Assembly: GCA_958296135.2 (NCBI GenBank)
Contig: CATQHZ020000001.1
Location: 1,312,001 to 1,376,000, forward strand
DNA from: an uncultured Poribacteria bacterium
GTDB lineage: Bacteria > Poribacteria > WGA-4E > WGA-3G
DNA: 64,000 bases
Reading direction: 5' to 3'
Under the pieces are notes generated by a model that did no database searches, was not told the origin of the DNA, and saw nothing but the letters and a program-made list of their open reading frames with translations. The position numbers and the translations under genes were made by a program. Below, in pieces: positions 1 to 9,982 of this stretch (the stretch's first letter is position 1; every line of letters begins with the position of its first letter).

Positions 1-9
1 AAACACGTT

Positions 10-1650
10 ATGTCCAAAAAACCGATCGATCATTATCAACACCGCGACAAGCGCGCGAACAACCCAACGCAGGAACTCAGCGGCTTCGCTGAAGATGCCG
101 AGACGCAACCCGACACCGTCCGCTACCCGCGCGATACCGCGTTGGACCCGCAGCTCGTCTGGCGCGGCAAAGACGCACAGAATAGCGAGGCACTCAGTGT
201 GCACGCCGTGCCAATTTACGCGCAGGAGCACATCCAGCCTCAGGCGATTATCGAGGCACTCCGCACGCAAAAATCACAGACCAAACCCGCGCAAACCGAG
301 CTGTTCTTTGAGGGATTCAACGCGCTAGAATTTGGGCAGCGTATTGAATTCTATCAGCACGAGCAGCATTGGAACAACCGCTTTATCTTGGGCGATTCGC
401 TCCTCGTTATGAACTCCCTCGCCGAGAAAGAGGGGCTTAAAAGCCGAGTGCAGACGATATACTTCGATCCGCCTTACGGCATCAAATTCGGCAGTAACTG
501 GCAGGTTAGCACGCGCAAACCGAACGTCGGCGATACGAAAACGGAGGACGTGACGCTCCAACCGGAACAGATCCGCGCGTTCCGAGATACGTGGGAGCTC
601 GGCATCCACTCCTATTTGGCGTATCTGCGCGACCGGCTCACCGTTGCGCGCGAACTGCTCACCGACAGCGGGAGCATCTTTGTCCAGATCGGCGATGAAA
701 ACGTCCACCGCGTCCGATGCGTATTAGATGAGGTGTTCGGTGATGAGAACTTTGTCTCCACCATCACGTGGACACGTGGCGGAATGACTTCCTCATCCGG
801 GCTCGCCGCAATCTCCGATTATCTTTTGTGGTATGCAAAGGATAAGGAGCAGATGAAATATCGGCAGCTCTATATGCAATGGGATGAGCGTGCGCCCGAT
901 CCGCTCCTTAATTCCTACACCCAAGTTGAATTGCCGGATGGAACACGCCGCGGAATGACAAGTGCTGAGAAGAAAAACCCCGCGCTCTTACCTGAAAACA
1001 GTCGGAGGTTTCAGATTGTCTTGGCATCATCGCAGACTGCTGGAGGGGCTACTGCTAAATACGAATTTGAAGGAAGGACTTTTATCCCTTCACGAGGTAG
1101 AGGCTGGGCGACAAGTCCTGAAGGTTTTGATCGGCTTGCTAAACAGAGTAGGCTTGTTGCAAGAAAAATTACGCTGAACTATGTCCGTTATGCAGGCGAT
1201 TTTCCAGGGCGAGAGATTACGAATCTTTGGACAGACACCGGACGGGGCGGGGCTGGAAAAACCTACGTCGTGGAAACGAACCCCAAAGTCATCCAGCGGT
1301 GTATCCTGATGACGAGCGACCCGGGAGATCTTGTCCTCGATCCGACGTGCGGCAGCGGCACCACCGCTTACGTCGCTGAACAATGGGGCAGACGATGGAT
1401 AACGATAGACACGTCCCGTGTTGCGCTCGCTTTGGCGCGCACGAGACTTATGTCTGCTGTGTATCCCTATTATCAGTTGGCAGATGCGGTTGACATCAAA
1501 CAGGGGTTCGCCTACAAAACCGCGCCGCACATCAGCCTCTCGGATATGGCGAACAACCTTGAGATTGACGACATCCATGCGGCGTATGCACCGAAATTAG
1601 CGGAGATTCGGAATTTACTTAACTCAAGTATAGGTAAGGGGGGGGGGTAA
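10..1650 (+). CDS. mod: Type III R-M methyltransferase Mod (locus 1), 5' part; ends at a G10 tract
   Basis: GDSLLVMNSL, YFDPPYG (catalytic DPPY) and LDPTCGSGTT (SAM-binding). The ORF ends AAG GGG GGG GGG TAA at the G10 run (1638-1647). Confidence 0.9.
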   Translation: MSKKPIDHYQHRDKRANNPTQELSGFAEDAETQPDTVRYPRDTALDPQLVWRGKDAQNSEALSVHAVPIYAQEHIQPQAIIEALRTQKSQTKPAQTELFFEGFNALEFGQRIEFYQHEQHWNNRFILGDSLLVMNSLAEKEGLKSRVQTIYFDPPYGIKFGSNWQVSTRKPNVGDTKTEDVTLQPEQIRAFRDTWELGIHSYLAYLRDRLTVARELLTDSGSIFVQIGDENVHRVRCVLDEVFGDENFVSTITWTRGGMTSSSGLAAISDYLLWYAKDKEQMKYRQLYMQWDERAPDPLLNSYTQVELPDGTRRGMTSAEKKNPALLPENSRRFQIVLASSQTAGGATAKYEFEGRTFIPSRGRGWATSPEGFDRLAKQSRLVARKITLNYVRYAGDFPGREITNLWTDTGRGGAGKTYVVETNPKVIQRCILMTSDPGDLVLDPTCGSGTTAYVAEQWGRRWITIDTSRVALALARTRLMSAVYPYYQLADAVDIKQGFAYKTAPHISLSDMANNLEIDDIHAAYAPKLAEIRNLLNSSIGKGGG

Positions 1651-2690
1651 AGTGGGAAGAATGGGACATCCCTCAAGAACCCGATTCTTCGTGGAGCGTG
1701 GAGACGCAGCGGTTGCACCAGCAGTGGCACTCTCTCAAGCGCGAGCGGCAGGCGGAGATGGATGCCTCCACTGCGGCGCGCGCTACCCATGAAATTCTCT
1801 ACGATCGGCCGCGTGAAGACCGGAAGCGGACGCGTATAGCCGGTCCGTTTACGGTGGAGAGTTTATCGCCGCACCGCATGCGAGAGGGAGCCGATACCGC
1901 ACCGCCGGTGGCATCGCCGGATTTTCACACGCATATCGTGGAGCATTTGAAGAGTGCGGGCGTGCAGAGTCGCATCAAGGCACAACGGCTGACGTTTGAC
2001 TGGCTGTCGCTGTTCCCCGGCGAGTATCTCCATGCGGAGGGGGCGTACTCAGACGAGAGCGGTGAATCGCAAAGCGTCGCGATTAGCATTGGGCCGCAGT
2101 ATGAAACTGTGGGTAGGCAGTGGATGGAAGGTGCGGCGCGCGAGGCGATGCGGCGCATCCCGAAGTTCAAGCAGCTCATCGTTTTAGGGTTCGCTTTTGA
2201 GGGATACACGGCAGATGAGCGGACGCGCGTCGGAATCCTCCCGATTCTTCCTGTTAAGATGAGTCCGGAGCTGATGATAGGCGAGCTCAAGAACACCGGC
2301 GCGGGCAATCTCTTCATGAACTTTGGCGAACCGGATATAGAAATCCAGCGTCAGCCTGACGACACGTTTGTCGTAAAGTTGTTGGGAGTTGATGTGTTCG
2401 ATGCGCGGCAAGGCTTGGTGCGTTCGGATAACCCTGATGAGATTGCGTGTTGGTTTATTGACACGGACTACAACGATGAGGCGTTCTTCGTGCGGCACGC
2501 CTATTTCACGGGCGCGGACGAACCCTACAAGAAACTCAAGCAGACGTTGGGTGACAACATTGATGAGGCTGCGTGGGAGCGTTTGTATCGGACAGAGAGT
2601 CTTCCGTTTGTGCGGCCTGCCGCCGGCAAAATCGCCGTGAAAGTGATTAATCATTATGGCGATGAGGTGCTGAAGGTTTATGAGGTGTGA
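1647..2690 (+). CDS. mod: Mod locus 1, 3' part; joins the 5' part in frame if the tract is G11 or G8 (893 aa with G11)
   Basis: The frame is open from GTA at 1647 (VKWEEWDIPQEPDSSWSVETQ...) into ORF 1698..2690. It contains GPFTVESLSP, CWFIDTDYN and IAVKVINHYGDEVLKV, typical of this Mod C-terminus. Confidence 0.85.
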   Translation, partial: VKWEEWDIPQEPDSSWSVETQRLHQQWHSLKRERQAEMDASTAARATHEILYDRPREDRKRTRIAGPFTVESLSPHRMREGADTAPPVASPDFHTHIVEHLKSAGVQSRIKAQRLTFDWLSLFPGEYLHAEGAYSDESGESQSVAISIGPQYETVGRQWMEGAAREAMRRIPKFKQLIVLGFAFEGYTADERTRVGILPILPVKMSPELMIGELKNTGAGNLFMNFGEPDIEIQRQPDDTFVVKLLGVDVFDARQGLVRSDNPDEIACWFIDTDYNDEAFFVRHAYFTGADEPYKKLKQTLGDNIDEAAWERLYRTESLPFVRPAAGKIAVKVINHYGDEVLKVYEV

Positions 2691-2700
2691 TTTTTTAGGA

Positions 2701-2842
2701 AGGAAATCGAGACCAGGAGGTCTCTCCTGCCGGGGAAATCAAGGCCAGGAGGTCTCTCCTACCGGCGGAGGAAATCGAGACCGGGAGGAGGTCTCTCCTA
2801 CCGGGGCAGGAAATCGAGACCGGGAGGTCTCTCCTACTGGGG
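2701..2842. repeat. Tandem array of 4 REP-like units, family A (reverse complement GTAGGAGAGACCTCCCGGTCTCGA)
   Basis: aaatcgagacc(a/g)ggaggtctctcct(a/g)c repeated four times with very short linkers. Confidence 0.9.
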
Positions 2843-2865
2843 CGGGCTGTGATTTTTGTCAAAAG

Positions 2866-2908
2866 TTGCATTTCGGCGCGTGATGTGGTATAATTAAAGT
2901 TAAAGGAG
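2866..2908 (+). promoter_or_regulatory. sigma70-type promoter and RBS for the ATPase-PIN cassette
   Basis: TTGCAT (2866-2871), 17 nt spacer, TG-extended TATAAT (2889-2894); AAAGGAG before ATG 2919. Confidence 0.7.
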
Positions 2909-2918
2909 ACTGAAAGCG

Positions 2919-4235
2919 ATGATTACGCATATCCGCGTGAAAAACTTCAAGTCGTGGGTTGACAGCGGGGAGGTACGTCTTGCACCGCTGACGGGGTTTT
3001 TCGGGACGAATAGTTCTGGGAAGAGCAGTCTGTTGCAGATGTTGCTGCTGCTGAAGCAGACGATCGGCCGCGAGGACGTGCTGTTTTTCGGTGATGAGTC
3101 TTCGTTGGTGAATTTGGGGAGTTTCCGCGATGTGATTCATGGACATGACACCGATGCTTCGCTAGAGTTAGAATGTGGGTGCCAACCTCAAGAACCACTG
3201 TCCATTGAAGTGTATGGAGAGGAGCCAGACGGTAGTGAGAGGTCTCTCCCGGTGCCTTTTCATCACTTCACTCTTAGCACGTCTATTCATAGAAACAAGG
3301 ATAGTCTCCTTGTTGAGTACCTTCGTTATGGTTTGGACTCGCGTGATGTTCCAGGTATTGAATGGGCGGCGAAGACTGTGTCCTATAAAAATTCGCTTGA
3401 TAAGACAGTGCTAGCAGTTGGGGGTGTCCAGAATTGCTATGGGGTGGCCGCTTCCGGGTCACTCGTTTTACTGCCGCTCACCTCTGCGTTTGAGCATCAA
3501 TTTTCCTGCGTCTATTACCTCGGGCCGGCTCGGGTTACGCCGCAGCGATGTTATCATTGGGAAGGCAGCCATCCGCAGGACACCGGGTTGTGGGGCGATA
3601 AAACGATTGACGCTCTGCTCTCCGCGCGGGTGCTACAACTGAAAACTTCCGATAAAGAAGATGCTGTCCCGATTGAGGAACAGATATCAAAATGGCTCCA
3701 CGAGATGGAGCTTGCCCACTCCTTTTCGCTGAGGCTGAGCCCTAACGGCGATGGTAGGGATTATGAAGTTCGCATCAAAAAAGACAGCGTCAGTCCTGAG
3801 GTAACGCTCGTTGACATGGGCTATGGCTTATCGCAATTTCTCCCGGTGCTCGTTCTCTGTTATTATGCGCCGGAGGGCTCAACACTCATTCTGGAGCAGC
3901 CGGGCATCCACCTGCATCCAAAGGTGCAATCGCAACTGGCGGATTTGCTGATAGAGGTTGTCACGGAACGGAATCTCCAGGTCTTGGTGGAGAGCCACAG
4001 CGAACATCTGCTGACTCGGCTGCAGCTTCGCATCGCGGAAGAAAAGATTGGCGCGGACAAGACTGCCCTCTATTTTTGCGAAAATAAGGAGGGTGTTTCC
4101 GAAATGAAATCGTTGGAACTTGACGAACTCGGAAACATCAAAAACTGGCCGCCAGACTTCTTTGGCACTGTCAGAGGAGACCTTGTTAAAATGACGAAGG
4201 CCCAAATGAAACGTCAGAAGCGAACGGAGGGATAA
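2919..4235 (+). CDS. ABC-type (AAA_15/AAA_21-like) ATPase with DUF3696-like C-terminus
   Basis: KNFKSW, Walker A GTNSSGKSS, signature-like GYGLSQ, ILEQPGIHLHP, VESHSEH and C-terminal NWPPDFFG. Confidence 0.85.
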   Translation: MITHIRVKNFKSWVDSGEVRLAPLTGFFGTNSSGKSSLLQMLLLLKQTIGREDVLFFGDESSLVNLGSFRDVIHGHDTDASLELECGCQPQEPLSIEVYGEEPDGSERSLPVPFHHFTLSTSIHRNKDSLLVEYLRYGLDSRDVPGIEWAAKTVSYKNSLDKTVLAVGGVQNCYGVAASGSLVLLPLTSAFEHQFSCVYYLGPARVTPQRCYHWEGSHPQDTGLWGDKTIDALLSARVLQLKTSDKEDAVPIEEQISKWLHEMELAHSFSLRLSPNGDGRDYEVRIKKDSVSPEVTLVDMGYGLSQFLPVLVLCYYAPEGSTLILEQPGIHLHPKVQSQLADLLIEVVTERNLQVLVESHSEHLLTRLQLRIAEEKIGADKTALYFCENKEGVSEMKSLELDELGNIKNWPPDFFGTVRGDLVKMTKAQMKRQKRTEG

Positions 4236-4780
4236 TGGACGCTGTTGTCGTAGATACTAACGTTATCTTGGTTGCGAAAGGGATGGCAGATCAGGCATGG
4301 CCGGCATGCGTCCATACATGCATAGAACGGCTAGACCGGATTGTTGAGGGCTCAGAGAGAGTCGTCATTGATGACAACTGGGAAATCCTCGGCGAGTATT
4401 CGGACTATGAAGAGGACGGTTCAACGACAGCGGCGCGAACCGGCTGGGGATTTTTGGAGTGGTTGATGCGAAACCACGAGAATCCGGAACAGTGCGTGAA
4501 GGTGCATATCACGCCTTTGACAGATGGAACTGGATTTGAAGAATTCCCCACCGATCCGGCATTAAGCGGGTTTGACCCGGCCGACAAAAAATTTATCGCT
4601 GTCGCTGTCGTTTATGAAGACGTGCATCGCCAAAAAGTGCCGGTCTTACAAGCGGTAGATAGCAATTGGTACGGATTCCGCGAGGCATTCTCTCGGAATG
4701 GATTGACAATTGACTTCGTTTGTGAGGATAACCTCCGTCTTTTGTATGAAAGGCGCGGTGAAAGGCGTGCAAAAAACTAA
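4235..4780 (+). CDS. PIN-like nuclease, translationally coupled to the ATPase
   Basis: N-terminal VVVDTNVI, ILGEY and FDPADKKFIAVA acidic PIN-type motifs; TAATG stop/start overlap. Confidence 0.7.
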   Translation: MDAVVVDTNVILVAKGMADQAWPACVHTCIERLDRIVEGSERVVIDDNWEILGEYSDYEEDGSTTAARTGWGFLEWLMRNHENPEQCVKVHITPLTDGTGFEEFPTDPALSGFDPADKKFIAVAVVYEDVHRQKVPVLQAVDSNWYGFREAFSRNGLTIDFVCEDNLRLLYERRGERRAKN

Positions 4781-4833
4781 CCGTTTGTATTGGTTTTGAA
4801 CTAAATGATGCTGTCTATGGAGAAACCACTCAC

Positions 4834-7809
4834 ATGCCAAAAGTGAACATAGAAAACCCTGTCATCAACAGTCCGTTTGACGAACCGCAACGCCACTTCA
4901 AATTCGATGAACGCGGCATCACCGAAGACATCGTCAACGGAAGACGTAGAAGTGAATACTTCATCCCGGTGCCGAAACCGAGGCAGCAGCCAAAAGAGGT
5001 TCAGACGCAGCTGGAACTGCACGTGCCAGAACTCCGAGAGGCGAACGCCTTCATCAACCGGGTGCGCGAAGAAGTCAGTGCTTGGCGGACAAGCGGCTAC
5101 CCCGGCGTAACGGACACAACGAAACGCTTACTGAAACATTGGAACGACACAACCCGAGAGCTCCGGTTGTTTTTCTGCCAACGCGAGGCTGTGGAAACCG
5201 CTATCTATATCCACGAAGTGGCAGATCCGCGGCGAAGTGGTTCAATTCATAGCATCCTCACGAAGACAAATGAGGATACGAATCCTGGGCTTTTTCGCAT
5301 CGCTTTCAAGATGGCGACGGGGAGTGGCAAAACTGTCGTGTTGGCGATGCTCATCGTCTATCATACGTTGAACAAAATCGCTGCGCCGCGCAATCCCCGC
5401 TTTTCCGATGCGTTTCTTGTTGTCACGCCGGGGCTGACCATCCGTGACCGGCTCCAAGTGCTACGCCCGGAACACTCGGACAACTACTACGAGGCGATGA
5501 ACCTACTGCCGCCCGAAGACAGGAATGCACTTGCCCACGCGAAGATTGTCGTCACGAACTACCACGCGTTCCAACATCGGAAGAATGCCGACGTGAGTCG
5601 GCTCGGTAGGAAACTCATCGGTGAGGGCGGAGCCCAGCTTGATGAAACCGGCGACGAGATGGTTAGCCGGGTTTGCCGCGCGTTCAGCCGGAAGCGGAAC
5701 ATTATTGTCCTCAACGATGAGGCGCACCACTGCTATCGCCCGAAACAGGCGACGAAGATTCGGGCATCTGAGGCAGACAGCGCGCGGCTGTGGATAAGCG
5801 GCCTGGGGGCAGTGCAAGCGAAACTCGGCATCAAAACCGTTTACGATTTATCGGCGACACCTTTCTTCCTCAGCGGTTCCGGCTATAGCCAAAAGTTACC
5901 GAACGGGCAGCGACTCACGGAAGGCGTGCTGTTTCCGTGGGTTGTCTCTGATTTCGCGCTTATTGATGCGATTGAATGCGGCATCGCCAAGATACCGCGT
6001 GTCCCTGTTGCAGACGATGCGATGACTGGCGAGGCACCTATCTATCGCAATCTCTGGAACGTGATCGGGAAAAAGTTGCGTAAAAGAGCGGTAGGCGAGG
6101 GCCCGCAGTTGCCCGCTGAGTTAGAAACTGCGCTCAGAAGCCTCTACGAAAACTATGAAGGCGCGTATCAGCAGTGGGAGAAAAAACCGGGAGACTTGAC
6201 ACCTCCCGTAATGATTCTCGTTTGTAACGACACGCGCACCTCCAAACGTGTCTACGATTGGATTGCCGGTTGGGAGAAGAAGGACAACGCCGGTGGCACC
6301 GTGGTTGTTCCCGGGAACCTCCCTATTTTCAACAACGAAGTCAACGGCGCGTGGAGCGAGAAGCTGAATACGCTTATCATTGATAGCAAGCAGTTAGAGT
6401 CCGGCGAGGCACTCAAAAGCGCGTTTAAGAAAGCCGCGCAGACCGAAATTTCGCAGTTCAAGCGTAGTCGCAACGACGAGAATGTTACCGACGAAGCCCT
6501 TCTGCGTGAGGTGATGAACACTGTCGGGCAAAAGGGAAAACTCGGTGAGCAGATTAAGTGCGTTGTCTCTGTGTCTATGCTGAGTGAGGGCTGGGATGCG
6601 AAACGGGTGACGCATATCCTCGGTGTTCGCGCGTTCAGCACGCAGTTGCTCTGCGAACAAGTCGTTGGCAGAGGGTTGCGCCGTTCCAGTTACGACACCG
6701 AACTGTCGACGCTTAACGTCAACGGCGAGGAAATTCCGTTAGAAACGTTTCCACCGGAATACGCCGCTGTCTACGGTGTACCGTTCTCGTTTATTCCCGC
6801 GACCGGCATTGGCCGCACGCCACGACAGCGGCCGATTACCTTTGTAGAGGCACTGCAGGAGCGCGCTGCGTGTGAAATCACGTTTCCGAACGTGGTGGGG
6901 TATCGCCGTCACGTGCCGCCTGAAAAGCTGCGGGCTGTTTTCACCGAAGAGTCGCGGTATCAAGTCTCAACTGCGGAGATTCCTAGCCGTATAGAAGTCA
7001 GCGATATCACCGGCAAAATTATTGAAGGCGAAGCCCTCTATTCAACAAGATTTCGCGTTCAGGAAACCGAATTCCACATTGCAAGGGTGCTTCTGGAACA
7101 TTACTTTCGGGACGATGATGGCGATGTCCGACATTGGCTTTTCCCGCAGTTGCTCGGTATGACGCGGCGGTGGCTGAAAGAGTGTGTTAACTACAAAGAC
7201 AACACTTATCCGCAGTGCTTTCGTATTGACGAGATTGCGCGAAAAGCGGCGCACCGTATCAATAGTGCCATCCTCCGTGCCGAACGTCTCCACAGCAACG
7301 AGGTGTCAGCGCGGCCACTGCCCTTGCTTCCGATACTGGGCGCGCCTCTCGGTTCCACGCGAAACGTCGCGTTTGAGACGGCCAAACCGGTATGGAGCAC
7401 ACATCCGGAGAAGTGTCACGTTTCGCATGTCGTTGCGGACACGGAGTCGTGGGAGCAGAAAGCGGCGGCGGCATTGGAGCAGATGGATGAAGTGCGTGCT
7501 TACGTGAAAAATCATCACTTAGGTTTCACGATTCCGTATCTCACTCACAACTTGGAGAAGCGGCACTACGTTCCGGATTTCATCGTCCGTATCCAAGACG
7601 GTGAAGACGTTGTCAACCTGATGCTTGAGGTATCCGGGGTTGAACGCGAGGATAAACGTCAGAAGGTGGATACCGCCAAAAACTTGTGGGTGCCGGCGGT
7701 GAACAACCACGGCGGATTTGGGAAGTGGGCGTTTTTGGAAATTACAGATCCGTGGAATATCCAGAGCGACATCCGCGCCTTTAGGCTATCCTCTCAAGTT
7801 CGGTGTTGA
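4834..7809 (+). CDS. res: Type III restriction endonuclease Res (locus 1)
   Basis: FCQREAVET, MATGSGKT, NDEAHH, SATP, MLSEGWD, QVVGRGLR and C-terminal PD-(D/E)XK-type YVPDFIV..LEVSG. Confidence 0.9.
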   Translation: MPKVNIENPVINSPFDEPQRHFKFDERGITEDIVNGRRRSEYFIPVPKPRQQPKEVQTQLELHVPELREANAFINRVREEVSAWRTSGYPGVTDTTKRLLKHWNDTTRELRLFFCQREAVETAIYIHEVADPRRSGSIHSILTKTNEDTNPGLFRIAFKMATGSGKTVVLAMLIVYHTLNKIAAPRNPRFSDAFLVVTPGLTIRDRLQVLRPEHSDNYYEAMNLLPPEDRNALAHAKIVVTNYHAFQHRKNADVSRLGRKLIGEGGAQLDETGDEMVSRVCRAFSRKRNIIVLNDEAHHCYRPKQATKIRASEADSARLWISGLGAVQAKLGIKTVYDLSATPFFLSGSGYSQKLPNGQRLTEGVLFPWVVSDFALIDAIECGIAKIPRVPVADDAMTGEAPIYRNLWNVIGKKLRKRAVGEGPQLPAELETALRSLYENYEGAYQQWEKKPGDLTPPVMILVCNDTRTSKRVYDWIAGWEKKDNAGGTVVVPGNLPIFNNEVNGAWSEKLNTLIIDSKQLESGEALKSAFKKAAQTEISQFKRSRNDENVTDEALLREVMNTVGQKGKLGEQIKCVVSVSMLSEGWDAKRVTHILGVRAFSTQLLCEQVVGRGLRRSSYDTELSTLNVNGEEIPLETFPPEYAAVYGVPFSFIPATGIGRTPRQRPITFVEALQERAACEITFPNVVGYRRHVPPEKLRAVFTEESRYQVSTAEIPSRIEVSDITGKIIEGEALYSTRFRVQETEFHIARVLLEHYFRDDDGDVRHWLFPQLLGMTRRWLKECVNYKDNTYPQCFRIDEIARKAAHRINSAILRAERLHSNEVSARPLPLLPILGAPLGSTRNVAFETAKPVWSTHPEKCHVSHVVADTESWEQKAAAALEQMDEVRAYVKNHHLGFTIPYLTHNLEKRHYVPDFIVRIQDGEDVVNLMLEVSGVEREDKRQKVDTAKNLWVPAVNNHGGFGKWAFLEITDPWNIQSDIRAFRLSSQVRC

Positions 7810-8034
7810 GGGACAGGCCCTCAACCTACGGTTTCGTTGGAGTCTTGCCTGCTAGCCGTATCGCGAGGGCCTGTCCCTCGCGATATTCAGGTTAAGTTCG
7901 GTGTTGAGGGACAGGCCCTCAACCTACGGTTTTGTTGGTGTCTTTGCGGTGTTGAGGGACAGGCCCTCAACCTACGGTTTTGTCGGTGTCTTCGGTGTTG
8001 AGGGACAGGCCCTCAACCTACGGTTTCGTTGGTG
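7801..8034. repeat. Array of family B REP-like palindromes
   Basis: cggtgttgagggacaggccctcaacctacggttt occurs 4 times, plus an opposite-orientation cgcgagggcctgtccctcgcg; spacing is irregular. Confidence 0.9.
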
Positions 8035-8046
8035 TTTTCACCGTAA

Positions 8047-9408
<1,362 letters not shown>

Positions 9409-9456
9409 TATTTCGCAATGCGTTCGGCTGGCCGCCCTTGTTCAAGTGAGGTTGTC

Positions 9457-9603
9457 TTACCAGGCCACATCGACGTTGTCGATGTTTACGTTCCTTGTAC
9501 TCTTATCGCTGACATACAAGTTTTGACAACGTCAAGACGAACTGGGAAGTAGACGCTGTCTACCCGGACCCAGTTGAACAACCGCTAGGAACAACAAAAA
9601 ATG
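9457..9603 (+). promoter_or_regulatory. Family D palindromes forming a structured ftsB leader
   Basis: An inverted copy ttaccag-gcc-ACATCGAC-gtt-GTCGATGT, then GTTTTGAC-aac-GTCAAGAC, an AACTGGG..CCCAGTT stem, and accgctagga-N10-ATG. Confidence 0.6.
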
Positions 9604-9894
9604 CGCATTTTTCGTTATATTTTATTCGTGGTTGCGCTCGCCTTGCTGGGTGCCAGTATCAAGCAGTTCATCAACGGCTACGGTGACTGGCAGGCCGCCC
9701 AAATTGCTGAGCAGGCATATCAGGCGGAGCTCAGGGAGCTTGAGGCGCAGCGCGACGCGATGAAGCATCGCATTGAGATGCTAAAAACCGACGATTTAAC
9801 CAAGCAGCGTATCGCAAGGAAACGGCTTGGTTACATCAAACCTGGCGAGATTAAATACAAGTTCGTCAGCCCGAATCAGAACAATGGCTTGTAA
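9601..9894 (+). CDS. ftsB: Septum formation initiator (FtsB/DivIC family)
   Basis: One TM helix, a coiled coil and ARKRLGYIKPGE; follows eno, as is typical. Confidence 0.8.
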   Translation: MRIFRYILFVVALALLGASIKQFINGYGDWQAAQIAEQAYQAELRELEAQRDAMKHRIEMLKTDDLTKQRIARKRLGYIKPGEIKYKFVSPNQNNGL

Positions 9895-9982
9895 TCCGAT
9901 TCGCTAAACGTTACTTTAACCGTTTCGCGAGGGAAAACCTGTCCCTCGCGAAAGTTTGATTCTTTACAAAGAAGGAGTTTTC

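Noticed and set aside
2701-2842. Possible CRISPR array
   Set aside because: Units are nearly contiguous with no unique 25-45 nt spacers and no cas genes; the same unit is dispersed elsewhere.
7801-8034. Possible CRISPR array after res
   Set aside because: Gaps are irregular (one ~55 nt gap holding another palindrome, the others under 15 nt). It matches the dispersed GTAG family B.
9520-9540. TTGAC-N3-GTCAA as an FNR/CRP-like operator or simple -35 box
   Set aside because: Spacing differs from the FNR pattern TTGAT-N4-ATCAA. One copy shows compensatory stem changes and a conserved CTGG tail, which fits a hairpin element better.
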